A stretch of 64,000 bases of DNA from Asterias rubens (taxonomy: Eukaryota): assembly GCF_902459465.1 (NCBI RefSeq), contig NC_047077.1, positions 12,028,001-12,092,000 on the forward strand, read 5' to 3'. This document shows positions 38,008 through 50,765 of this stretch, in pieces. The stretch's first letter is position 1. The number at the start of each line of letters is the position of its first letter. The notes under the pieces were generated by a model. It made no database searches. It was not told where the DNA came from and saw nothing but the letters and a program-made list of their open reading frames with translations. Both the position numbers and the translations under genes were made by a program.

Positions 38008-38142
38008 ATGGGGGACTGTTTTTGGACTGAAAGTGGCAGCAGACTTACCGGGTACAACTCATAGTTCTTGGTAAATTGTGAACATGCTCAGATCAGCGTA
38101 AACAATGGAAAGTCTGCTGCTACCTGGCGTTCAAAAGTCCCA
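38008..38142. mobile_element. Short MITE related to 25399-25538
   Basis: gtggcagcagacttacc ... agtctgctgctacctggcg. Confidence 0.65.
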
Positions 38143-38632
38143 AATTTAATTACATTTTGATCAACAAAGACGAACCAAATTCTCTTGGGTGCCCTGCTTA
38201 CTGATAGTGGAAGGACACGTATGTACTTATTCGTCCGAGGGATAGCGTCCTCATTTGAATGGGAACAAATTGCAAGTATCTAATCTCGTGTCAAAATGGT
38301 GTCAAATGTTATTGCAATTCATAACCTTAAAGTGTACAATTTGATCCAAACCATTCAACCATTCTGAGATGTACGGAAATGTTTTTGTTCATTCTTGACT
38401 TTTTTTTAAGAGCGAAAACTGACCCACGACGTCATTGGACTTCAAAACTTATGGGTCTTTACCTTCCAGGAGGAACAGTCAGTCAGTCAAAATGTCAAAT
38501 TCAAGGCTCTTTAAAAGTAAAAAATAAAATGGGTTCTCTAAAATTGTATTTAACTCTAGGCATGTTGCAGGCCGAGTCACTGTAGTTTTGACGTCAGTTA
38601 GGTGTCAATTTCACAAATTGGTCTGAAATGCT

Positions 38633-39533
38633 CTAATCCGTCTCCTTCACATAAATGTTACCGTTAGTATTGACACCCCAGACGGCAAGTGACAGTGACT
38701 CGATCTGTGACAGTCCCCCTGGAATATTCTGCCAGCCAGTACCCTTCGGTGCCGCAGCAGACACCCCCAGCCTATAATAAATATTGTTGTTAGAATTCAC
38801 CCCATAGATATCGTCGCCTGAGCTGATGTACTTCAAAGCTCCGGATACACGGGTCCAGGTGGAACCGTCAGGATCCGAATCCGGATCGCCGAAAGTCCCC
38901 TCCCTGTAGTAGATGTTATCTGCGGAGTTAACGCCCCATACTCCCCCGCTACCCACCGAAATCTGCTTCAATCCGCCCCCGATCTGACGCCAGTCATTGC
39001 CCAGAACATTACAGTTGCTGGCCCCAAGACGATGGTAAATATTATCGCCTGAGTTTACACCCCAAACATGCCCCTTCTGGCTAACGCTGACGTGCTTCAA
39101 AGCACCACCGACTTGACTCCATCCGGTACCGGTTGGGTTACCAGACGTTATGCCCTGTCGAGCATAGATATTATCGTTACTGTTCACACCCCAGACTACG
39201 TTTTTACCAACATCGAGTTGTGACAGTCCTCCACTGACTTGTATCCAAGAGGCGCCTGTGTTTTGTTCGTTGCCATACGACCCTTCCCTGAAGTAGATAT
39301 TACCGTTTGAGTTAGCTCCCCAAACACCAGACGAGCCGATGGATACGTGGATGAGACCCCCTGGGATGTTCTGCCAACCTAGTCTGGCACACGGACAGAG
39401 TTGCACCGCCTCGTAAGACTTCTCTTCATCTATAACTGTCTCTGCCATGTCGGTGGGGCTTGGGTTTCTTGGTTCGAACCATTTGTCGGGCTGGCTGAAC
39501 ACAATTGGCGTGATCAGCAGCATCAAAACCAAA
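38633..39533 (-). CDS. Secreted tectonin beta-propeller lectin 5, main coding exon (spliced protein 306 aa)
   Basis: Six consensus blades. Acceptor ctaac..ttttttcattcag|T at 39533. Signal MAYKAICLVLMLLITPIVFS. Joined CDS 921 nt. Confidence 0.95.
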
Positions 39534-39669
39534 CTGAATGAAAAAACAGTTAGTTACTATTGTTTATATCATTATATACTAGTTCATCTAGAATAACAGA
39601 TGCATAGGGTTTATTAATTTTATTTCTTAGTTGTTCCTATATACACCAATGTGTGTTATAGGTTAGTAC

Positions 39670-39900
39670 TGTATACTCAGTACTTATTGAGCTCTGTGAA
39701 AAAAATCACGGGATTCGAACACACGACCTTTGAAAGTCGAACTGCCTCTAGCTACCGGGCATTCTCGGTGGACTAGACGGGAATACACTGGTCTAATCAC
39801 GGGTCGTGGGTTCGAATCCCACCCGACTATACTTATACGCACGTCATTATTTTCCCGACAGAGATCGGGCAAGTACTGAAGTATACAGTGCTAAACACAA
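39670..39900. mobile_element. Head-to-head tRNA-derived SINE pair in the lectin 5 intron
   Basis: ggattcgaac at ~39711 (minus B-box) and ggttcgaatccc at ~39809 (plus B-box), with mirrored aagtactga(a)gtatac tails. Confidence 0.6.
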
Positions 39901-40025
39901 ATCGGTCACAGGTAAAACCAACTAGTAATGTTCTTCACTCCCGATGCAAATCTATCTTATTAAAAAGTACATTTTGCTAACATTTGCTTAACCAAATATT
40001 AGGCCCAGAGAGGAGTTGCAAAGAT

Positions 40026-40410
40026 TTAAAGACAGTGGACATTATTGGTAATTGTCAAAGACTAGTATTCACAGTTGGTGTATCTCAACATATGCATAAA
40101 ATAACAAACCTGTGAAAATTTGAGCTCAATCGGTCGTCGAAGTTGCGAGATAACTATGAAAGAAAAACACCCTTGTCACACAAAGTTGTGTGCTTTCAGA
40201 TGCTTGACTTCGAGACCTCAAATTCTAAACTTGAGGTCTCGAAATCAAATTCTTAGAAAATTACTTATTTCTCGAAAACTATGTCACTTCCGAGAAAGCC
40301 GTTTATCACAAGGTTTTATACTATCAACCTCTCCCCATTACTCGTTACCAAGTGAGGTTGTATGCTGATAATTATTTTGAGTAATTTCCAATAGTGTCCA
40401 CTGCCTTTAA
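40026..40410. mobile_element. MITE family A in the lectin 5 intron
   Basis: TTAA-bounded TIRs. Confidence 0.85.
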
Positions 40411-41004
40411 AGGTGTTTTGTGAATCCATATCACACTCTAAGCATTACTCTCAATATTAGCAAACAAACTTACTTTATAGTAACATGCACTGGCGAGCTG
40501 TTGATAGTATAAAACGTAGTTTGTTTTAGAAATAGGTAATTTTTCACTCACATTATTACAAAACTTAAGGCCTGAAGCCGGTTTTTAAGGCATCTGAAAG
40601 CGCACAATCATTGCAACAAGAGTGTTTTTTCTTTCCACTATTTTCTGGCAGCCTCGGTTACCAATTGAGTCAACATTGTCACAGATTTGCTATTTTATGC
40701 ATTTGGGGACAAAGGAGATTACTGGGTGCGTTTTTGGCGGTCATAACCAATTACTGTTTCGGTTAAATTTGCCATTGGTATAACCAATGGCCAGTGACCG
40801 AAACAATGATTGGTTACGACCGCCAAAAGGCACCCCAGGTCTTTGACAATAACTTTAGGTGTTCTGGGGTGGATTTCATAACGAGTTATGACTAATCTTA
40901 TCTCGAGTATAGGACGAGTTAGTTGCCCTAAGATACGGCTAGTCCTAACACTTTGTGAAATCGACCCCAGTGACTTTAAGATTGTGATTTCTTCTTCGAC
41001 TCAC

Positions 41005-41024
41005 CAGATAGCTTTATACGCCAT
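41005..41024 (-). CDS. Lectin 5 start-codon micro-exon (MAYKAI+TG)
   Basis: ttttttgaacag| exon 41005-41070 ending ATG GCG TAT AAA GCT ATC TG|gtgagt; phase 2. Confidence 0.85.
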
Positions 41025-42019
41025 GTTAAAGCCAGACGCAACGGAGATACAACTTGAAGCAAAACGATTCCTGTTCAAAAAATAAAAACAAACAAACAAA
41101 CGATCTCAATGCAATTAATCATTAATCCACATTGGTAATTACTCAAAATAGTTACTCAAATTTGCACAAAAACTTACTTGGCAACGAGTAATGGGGAGCT
41201 GTTGATAGTATAAAAAACTGTGAGAAACGGCTCCCTCTGAAGTGGAGTAGTTTTCGAGAAAAAAGAAATTTTCCACGAATTTGATCATTCGTCACCTCGG
41301 AACTAGATTTTGAGGTCTTGAAACAAGCATCTGAAAGCACACAACTGAAAGCTGCAAATAGTAGGCCGCGAGTGATCAGTGCAAGAAAGTGTTTACACGG
41401 AAGTTAGTGCACAACGTGGGATCAGAACACGCCAATTTCAATTTTCTTTTCACAAAATATTAACACCAAAGGAGAAAATTCAACAATTTTAAATAATGTG
41501 AACTCGGAGTTCCAACTACAAGGAACATGTGAGTAAAAAGTTCAGACTCCCGAGTTAGGTAGAAATAATTTTAACAGATTTGTGATTTTTTTTCGCAATG
41601 GTACGGGACCTTTATACCCTGGACTCCGTCGCGTTGCCTGCAACGGAGGAGTCCAACCTGGGCTAGCGCACCCCCTGCTACCGCTTCCCAGTTTGTATCG
41701 TAAACTTAGGTGTGATCTCTTGCTGAACATTGGTTACAGATTGAATGAATTCTTCCCTTGAGGTCCCCGTGCAATGGCCGCCATCTTTTACGAAACGTGT
41801 GCGCGTGAAAGGCTATTGACCTACTTTAGGCTGGAGACCGTCAGAGCCAAAATAGTACAAAGTGACAAAATGGATACTTACTCGTTGATGGTTGGATTCG
41901 GACTACCGCCAGCAGGGCTGCACAGGCTGCCCGCCAACGGTCAAGCCCTAGTGGTTTATTACGTAACTGTTCTATTCACTACATTTAGATTCTTTTCTAG
42001 AGTTATGTATGGAAACAAT

Positions 42020-42268
42020 GGGCGTGTTCGTTTACCTTCCCTGGGTGGACCCCTGATGCGTTCGAATAGCTTTGACGTCATTCCAGGGGCTCACCCGGGT
42101 CAGCCCCCGGTGTGCTCTGCTTGTGGAGTGGGTCACTTGGGGGCTGGCCCCATGTGCATGACGTCACTACGAGAGCTAGCGGTGGGTGATCGTTAGTTTA
42201 GCTCTTGTCAGGGGCTCACCCAAGTGAGCACCGCGGGGTAGACCCAGGGAAGCTAATCGCAAGCACCC
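42020..42268. mobile_element. Harbinger-like MITE, sister of 560-815
   Basis: Homologous TIRs and internal sequence. Confidence 0.75.
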
Positions 42269-43794
42269 CCTATCGACCCTCTATATTCTTAGGAGAGAAT
42301 CGTACCCACGACCAAGTGATATGCCTATCTATCTATTGATTATCACAGTGGGGAAATGTACAAAAGGCACTGTACACCTTTGGTAATATTGTCAAATACC
42401 ATGCCAGTCTTCTCACTTGGTGAATCACAACATAATATGCATAAGTTACAAACCTGTGCAAGAGACCAATGAAAGAAACAAAAAGACTGTTCCAAAACAT
42501 TATGTGCTCATACATTTGTTTTGCTCAACAAAAGGCTTCAGCTGAATGAAGTCTTTCATTATTTGAGTGCAAAAGTTACTTCAGAAAATAATGGAAGGAA
42601 AAACACCCTTGTCGCACAAGTTGTGTGCATTAAGATGCTTGAATTCGAGACCTCAACTGCGGTCTCGAAGTAAGTCAGTTAAAATGTTTTAGTGAGAAAT
42701 TACTCATTTCTTAAAATGTATGCTACTTCAGAGGGAGCCGTTTCTGACAATGTTTTATATACCATCAACAGTTCCATGTTGCTCATTACCAACTAAGCTT
42801 TTATGGCTCAATATTATTTCGAGTTACCACCAATAGTGTCCAGTGCCTCTAAATGAAAGATAAGTTAGATTACTTAATGTACTTACAGTGATTAAGCAGG
42901 GTGGTTCGCATCGAGAGAAGGCAGCCGCAGTTTATGCCCAACATTCTCAGATTATCACGCATTTATACATTTTTAGTGCCCTCGAAGACTGTTATCTGCA
43001 AATGAAATGCCCTTACTTTGAGGTCATCACCTTGTTTATGTTTACAGTTGATTAATTATTGATTCTTGTTTGTACTACTTTGAACACAAGGATAAATGAA
43101 TAATGTTCATAACAGTACACTCTTGGCAGTTCCAAAGGTGCATTCTGCAGCCGGGATCGTGTAGTTTAAACAAGCCCCACGCCCTTACTTGGAAACGTCT
43201 CGTGAACAAGTTTGTTCCGCGTTAAAGGGAAGCTAGTACACGTTTGGTAATTTTCAAAGACCAGTCTTCTCACTTGGTGTATCCCATCATAACCATAAAA
43301 TAACAAGCCTGTGAAAATTTGGGCCCAATCGGTCATCAAAGATGCAAAAAAAACTTATGGACGAAAAACACCATTGTTGGACGAATTTGTGTGATATCAG
43401 ATAAGAATAAAATTCTTGTAGCTAGAAGTCTTTTATTATTTTAGTGAGAAATTATCTCTTTCTCAAACACTACGTTACATCAGAGGGAGTCTTTTCCAAC
43501 AATGTTTTATACTACCAACAGCTCTCCTATGCTCGTTAATAGTAAGTTTTTAAGTTAATATTTGTTTTAAGTAATTACCAAACGTGTACCTTCCCTTTCT
43601 CAAATTTGTCCTGTTTAATTGTTGATTGCTTAGGACTTACTTTGCTTTTCCAGTGGCTTTACTTATTCGTCTATTATACTGTTTCTTAAGCGCTGATGGA
43701 GTACCCTTTTGTTCTTTTCTAAGAATTCCTCTTTGTTGTGTGTGGGGTCCAGGTTAAACAGATAAGTCCCTTATGGGGTCAAAATGTTTCTGTG

Positions 43795-44175
43795 TTAAAG
43801 GCAGTGGACACTATTGGTAATTCCTCAAAATAATTGTCAGCATAAGACCGCGATTAATGAGTAATGGGGAGATGTTGATAGTATAAAACATTGTGAGAAA
43901 CCGCTCTCTCTGAAGTGACATAGTTTTCGAGAAAGAAGTAGTTTTCCATGAATTTGATTTCGAGACCTCAAGTTCAGAATTTGAGGTCTCCAAATCAAGC
44001 ATCAGAGAGCACACAACTTCGTGTGAGGAGGGTGTTTTTTTCTTTCATTATTATCTCGCAACTTCGACGACCAATTGAGCTCAAATTTTCACAGGTGTGT
44101 TATTTCATGCATATGAGATACAGCAAATGAGAAGACTGGTCTTTGACAACTACCAATAGTGTCCAGTGTCTTTAA
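43795..44175. mobile_element. MITE family A
   Basis: TTAA-bounded TIRs. Confidence 0.85.
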
Positions 44176-45141
44176 AGGCCCACAAGGGCACTCCCGTAAG
44201 CTTACACATGTCACACTGATAACAGCAACGACAACGACAAGGACAATGGACGATAAACATTGTTTGTGGAGTTTTTTATTTAAATGCACTGATGTAGCCG
44301 ATTTCACGAGACGCTAGGATTAATCCTATCTCGAGTTAGGATGAGTAACCCGTCCTAAATTAGGATGGGTTCAATGCGTACTAACGTCTATGGATAATGA
44401 ACTTAACTCCTAATAACTCCTAAATAAGTCCTAATATTATTTCCTAAGTTTGGAACAGTATGGTGAAATTAACGGCAGCACACATTTTGATAACTTGTCC
44501 ATAGACCAGTAATCTCACTTGATGTTTCCCAACACTGAGCGTACAATAAATACCAACTCTGTGAAAGTTTTGGCTCAAGTCATTGAAGTTGCTAGAGAAT
44601 ACATTAGAGGGGACCGTTTATCTCAATTTTTTATACTTAAACAACTCCCAATTGCTCGTTACCAAGTAAGTTTTTATGCTAACAATTATTTTGAGTAATT
44701 AGCAATAGTGTCCACTGCCTTTAACTTTGTAAATTTTGACACGTTGTCAAAAGCTCTTAAAGACACTGGACCCTATTGGTAATTGTCAAAGACCAGTCTT
44801 TTCACTTGGTGTATCTCAACATATGCATAGAATAACAAACCTGTGAAAATTTGAGCTCAATAGGTTGTTGAAGTTACAAGATAACTATGACAGAAGAAAG
44901 AAACACCCTTGTCACACGGAGTTGTGTGCTTTCAGATGCTTGATTTCGAGACCTCAAATTCTAAATCTGAGGTCCCCGAATCAAATTCTTTCTCGAAAAC
45001 TACTCCACCTCAGAGGGAGCTGTTTCTCACAATGTTTTATACTACCAAGCTCGCCCCATTACTCGTCACCAAGTAAAGTTTTATGTTTTATTTTCATTAG
45101 CGTCCACTGCTTTTAAGCATTGACCCATTCGGTCACTGGCC

Positions 45142-45500
45142 TGCCGGTGTCAGATGCAATGTGTCCGGCATGCAATACTGTCCACTCCGGACACTTGTGC
45201 ATGTGCAATCGTGTCCGGCGCTATGCAAAACCGCCCGTTGGACGTGTACATGACAGTACATTGTCTGTACATGTACGTACGCAAGTATGCGAGCTGGCGA
45301 ACGTCTTCCGTCGACCAATGAAGGGCGTTTTATTTACTGCAAGGACGGTTTCGCATGGGGGCAGACACAACTGCATATGCAAATGTGTCCGGGCGCAGCA
45401 GTGTCCGGGCGGACACGATTGCATATGCAAAACCACCCGGCGGACATTATTGCATTTGCAATGCATATAGAGGACATAATTGCATGATGCGACACCGGCC
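45142..45500. mobile_element. MITE with subterminal tgcatatgcaa / gtgtccg repeats
   Basis: Ends gccggtgtcagatgcaat / attgcatgatgcgacaccggc are imperfect inverted repeats. Confidence 0.6.
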
Positions 45501-46654
45501 TTGGACAACGTGAATAAGGGACAACCTTGTCGTTTATCATCACTCATCTGTTTACAGTTCGGATTAAAACACAAATCAATCACGTCCACGGAGTCATTTG
45601 AGGTCTTGTGAAATAAAATATATAGAACAACAACAACAGCCTTTTCTCAATTGTCAATTCTATATTTTGTTAAAGGACTATTCTAGGAAGACCCTATTCT
45701 ATCTCTACGTGTAGGGCCTCGACTGCAAGATTCTTTTGTAATGATTTATGTATCTGTTTGATCTAAAAAAATTCATCAACCAACATGTTATGATTCCCTT
45801 TTGCCTAGTGCAATTAAGTTTTCAATAATAAATGGTTGAGATAACTTGGTTCACGTCGATCGTTTTTTAAAAGTTTTTTTTTACGTATATCTGTATATTG
45901 TAATTTGTATTCCTTTGTCTATTGTTGCTATGCATGTCCTTTGTGTCACAACGGACACACATTTCATGTTTTTTGGTCATGGCAATAAATATTTTAAATG
46001 TTTAAGCTATTCTTGAGAAAATAAAATTAGCTGTTGCAAACAACTTAATCTTATTACAGTTACAATGTACCGATTTGTACAGTTACATGCAAATGGCCGA
46101 CCAAACACAGTTAATGTTACCTTTTGTACTTGTTGAGTTTTGTTTATTTTGCTTATTCGTCTCTAAGTAAAGCTGTAGTTTTGTCTCATCTTGAAAGCTG
46201 TTCATTAACAGGCCCGCATTTTCGGAACATTCCTCCACATAAATTATTGACTGTACCTTTTGAGGATGACATCATGGCATATGGAAATAAACATTGCCTT
46301 GAGTTAAACTGAATTTACTCCACTTTTTGTATGTTATAGGAAAAAATGTGTGATTGATGATAATTTATATTCTGCATAAATAAGTAAGAAATGAAGCTAT
46401 TGATAAAACAAGGAATCCCAACGTTTACACGAATAGAATATACTCATTTATTGTACTTATTACAGTATAAATAAAGGCAAATATTGAGTTACAAAACTTA
46501 AAAATACAAATATTGCTTTTTGGACAAACTTTGTTGAATATTGTGCACCGCTGGTTTCTCTCTCTCATTGTATCTCCCATTCCTTCATTCGCATAATCCA
46601 TCTTCGCTCTACAAACCAACTTTATTTAACTGTCCCTAAAACAAACACTTCCAA

Positions 46655-47000
46655 CGGCGTTTGTGCTTTTTCTGTATCTACACCCACACTCTGGAACTCT
46701 CTTCCTTTACATATTCGAGCTACAACGTCTCTGGACATTTTCAAAACTCTGCTTAAAACCCACCTATTCAAAATTTCTTATGATTGACTTTCTGTCTGTT
46801 TTTAACCATTTATTTTTGCCAACACGTTTATGTAATTCAACATTTTTATTCAAAGTATCCTTATTTCTTTCCAAGCTTCGTAATTTGTATTTTTGTTTTT
46901 GTTTTGTTACTCTCTTTGTTTGTTTTATGCGCCTCGGAATAAGTTTAGTCTTAGATAGATGGCGCTTTATAAGTTTTAATTATTATTATTATTATTATTA
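46655..47000 (+). mobile_element. L2/CR1-type LINE 3' end with (TTA)n tail
   Basis: A frame reads AFSVSTPTLWNSLPLHIRATTSLDIFKTLLKTHLF, followed by a (tta)n tail. Confidence 0.8.
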
Positions 47001-48123
47001 TGTTACAGTATTTTTGTATCTCGTAGCAATACTCATCCGCTGGAGCTTTAAAGTCACTGGATACCTTTGGTTATTGTCGAAGACCACCATTCTCACTTGT
47101 TGTATCCCAACATACTGCATTAAATAACAAATCTATGAAATTGTTAGGTCACATGGTCCTCGAATTTGCAAGAGAATAGTGGAAGAAAAATCACCATTGT
47201 TGCATTACTTTGTGTGCTTTCTGATGTATGTTAAAATGCTAAAGGTTGAAGACCTCCATCTTTGAGTGAGACATTTTTCGAAAAAAAGTTCGTTACTTTA
47301 GAGGGAGCCGTTTCTCACAATGTTTTATACTACCAACAACTCTATGGATCGTTTTCAAGTAAGTTTCAACGTTGACAATTTCAATTATTAACTTGAAAAC
47401 TGAATTTTGTAACGAACATTGGAGAGCTGTTGATAGTATACAACACTGTGGGAAACGACTCCCTTGGAAGTAACGTAGTTTTTGAGAAAAAGGCAATTTC
47501 TCACTAAAATAATAAAACACTTCTGTAGCCAGAAGTTTTGTAATCCTTTCTGAAAGCACACTAATTCGTCCACTTAGGTCATTTTTTCTTTCATCATTTT
47601 CTCGCAACTTTGATGACAATTGAGCCTAAATTTTCACAGGTTTGTTATTTTATCCCTGTGATGGGATACACCAAGTGAGAACACTGGTCTTTGACAATTA
47701 CCAAACGTGTACAGTGCTTTTAAGACAGTCATATCAATTAGCCTGTTTGAATGAGTGGCATGGTTAATATAATAATCGAGAAAAACAATCTTCGTTCACT
47801 CAAACATTTTCGTTCGAACGAAACAAACCTTCGTTAGTAAAGAAGATACTTTTACGTTTGATGTAAAACAACCTTCTTTTGAACGAAACCAATTCTTAAT
47901 TTTGTGCGAATTTGCTCTTCGGTCTTACACAGGTTGTTTTCGTTCAAACGTAGATCCCCCCGGCCGAGTTGTCTCTCAGCTTTGGTCCTTTAATATGAAC
48001 TAATTTCCCATTGCACTTTGTTATTCCATATATAGGCCTACAAGCTTATTGGTTTCCCACTATAATAGGATCTAATTATGTGTTGGTGCCATTATGTTGG
48101 GCAAATACATCAGTTTTTTAAGT

Positions 48124-48517
48124 TACTAGACACTATTGGTAATTGTAAAAGACCAGTCTTCTCACTTGATGTGTCTCAACATAGGCCTATGCATACAATA
48201 AGAAACCTGTGAAAATTTGAGCTCAATTGGTAGTCGAAGTTGCGAGATAATAATTAAAGAAAAAACAACCTTGCCACATAAAGTTTTGTGCTTACAGATG
48301 ACTGATTTCGAGACCCCAAATTCTAAATCTGAGGTCTCGAAATGAAATTCGTTGAAAACTACTTCTTTCTCGAAAACTATGTCACTTCAGAAGGAGCCGT
48401 TTCTCACAAGGTTTTATACTATCAACCTCTCCCCATTACTCGTCACCAAGAAAGGTTTTATGCTAATAATTATTTTGTACTCAATGAGTAATTACCAATA
48501 GTGTCCACTGCCTTTAA
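48124..48517. mobile_element. MITE family A
   Basis: Right TIR intact (aattaccaatagtgtccactgcctttaa); left end degenerate. Confidence 0.8.
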
Positions 48518-50765
48518 TAACAACATACAAAGTATTTACAACAGTAATACATTAATTTCAGAACACTTATACAGACAGGACAATCAGGACAATCTTGTAG
48601 TATATCATTAACAGATGACAAACAAAAAATCCATACTTCTAAGAAATTTAAATTATCTTTGCGACCATCATATCAAAACAGAGGTCAAGTTCACGCAAGG
48701 ACGTTCAGCTATAGTTATTCAGTGACATGTAGGTCATGCGCACAGAAATTAAAGGAACACGTTGCCTTGGATCGGTCGAGTTGGCCCGTTTGTTATAAAA
48801 TGCATATGGTTAGAAAGATGTTTTAAAAGTAGAATACAATGATCCATACACATTTGCCTCGAAATTGCATGGCCAACCGTGTTTGTCGACGAGGTAAAAG
48901 CAAAACCACACACTTTCGAGTGTGGATCATTATTCTACTTTTAAAATATCTTTCTGAGCATAATATAACAAACGGACCGATAAACGCTTTATAGAGACCA
49001 AGTCGACCGATCAAAGGCAACGTGTTCCTTTGAAATACAAACAACTCTAGTCATATCATGTCAACGTGATCGCAGCCGATTTCACGAAACGCTAGGATTA
49101 ATCCTAACTCGAGTAACCCGTCTTAACTTAGGATGGATCCAATGCCTCCTATACGTCTTCGTATACGGAACCTAACTCGTCCCAAGTCCTAAGATTAAAT
49201 CGAAGTTAGGAAGATTTTGGTGAAATCTACGTTAGCAAAGCACGTTTTCCATTGATAACTGGGTCCACTCTGCACTGTGCTATGAAACGGCTATTGAAAA
49301 CCTGCGATCGACTAAGCCCTGATTTGTTTTACATAGGCCTACATCAAAATTGACACTGTCTCTGTTTTAATCTTCTAAAGCAATTCACAAAACCTTAAAA
49401 GTAAATCAGGAATTTGTTTTGGGAATGGCAACTCTAAAGTCGACTAGTTAGCGTAGTCCACCTTTTCTTGACTAAACAGAGTTCGGGCAAACTTAGTGAA
49501 ACTATGGTCAACGATAGACCATGGCTCCAACTTGGCCGATTATAAAAACTATTTTTTAACCCAATGTGCCCCTGGAAGGAGCATAGTACTTTTTATGAAA
49601 CCCTGTACAATTGAACTTTTAAGCCTTTCAAAAATACTGATCATGCTAAATATTAGAGGGTAAACAAACCATGTTGTTTACTTGAGTTTAAATTTTACAT
49701 CTGGTTAACAATATCTTACACATCTCCATAAACAAATTTAGCGGCGATGGACAATGATATAGCGCCTGTGTGGCAGGAGATTGTGTGTCCCCCCCCCCAT
49801 GGCGAACTATGTACAAACTTCTTCTGCTATCATGATGGCGCCCTCTTTTGAAACCTCCTCCTCAAGCTCCTGTTAATTTCCCATGTCGGGAACAAAATCT
49901 CTGGCAGACGGAATTCCCTCGGACACCTGTACCAGCTCTATTTAATTGCCCATTATTAGTTTAAAACATTCAAATTTACAAATACTCCTTTATCATAATT
50001 TGTTTTGATTACAATATAGTACAAATATGTATTTACATATTGCTTATAATTATAACTTTAACTATACATTTGCTATAAGCGCATCAATTTATACATATAA
50101 AGCTAAAGGTTATCTTCGAATCAAGGTTTACAGCAGCAAAATGTTTGCCAGTTTGCTAAATTTGTTGCTAGGATACTTAAGGTTTTCCTGATCTATTTTA
50201 AAGCAATCGCACTTTATCACAAAAGAACTGTAAAAATAAACAATACGAAAAATGTACTCGCAATTTCACTTTCAAATTTAAATTGCATGGTGATAAAGCT
50301 CATAATTAAAGCATGTTGTTTTTACCTCAAAATATTTTGAAGATTTTTTATACAGAGCTGACAAAAATAGTCACATGTAACGTTCATGATTAATTGTGCA
50401 ATCAAGCAAATACATGAAACGACGAACCTGTAAAAAACGGGCTTAATCAGCGTGGTTAGTTTGGGGAAAAAATGTGAAAAATGCACAATTTTCAGCATGT
50501 AAATACATCGTCCTTAATGTTGGCTGTAACAACCAAAATCCGCAGGTGCGTTTTTATTAAAGGTGTCTCAATAGCAGTGTTCTCGAATATAAAACTTTAT
50601 TTCAGGAACTATTTCATATTAAACAATTATTCCAGTATGAACCTTAATATTAGTTAACAAGCTTCCATGCTGAACTTTAAGCAGCGATGTTTTTTTTATT
50701 ACCAGTCCTGTGTCCATACCTTTAAAAGTTTATTTTCATTTGAGTGGGACCGTAATTTCTTTTAT

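Noticed and set aside
45120-45589. Cys/His-rich ORFs as metallothionein or zinc-finger genes
   Set aside because: They arise from tgcatatgca / gtgtcc subterminal repeats of a MITE and appear on both strands.
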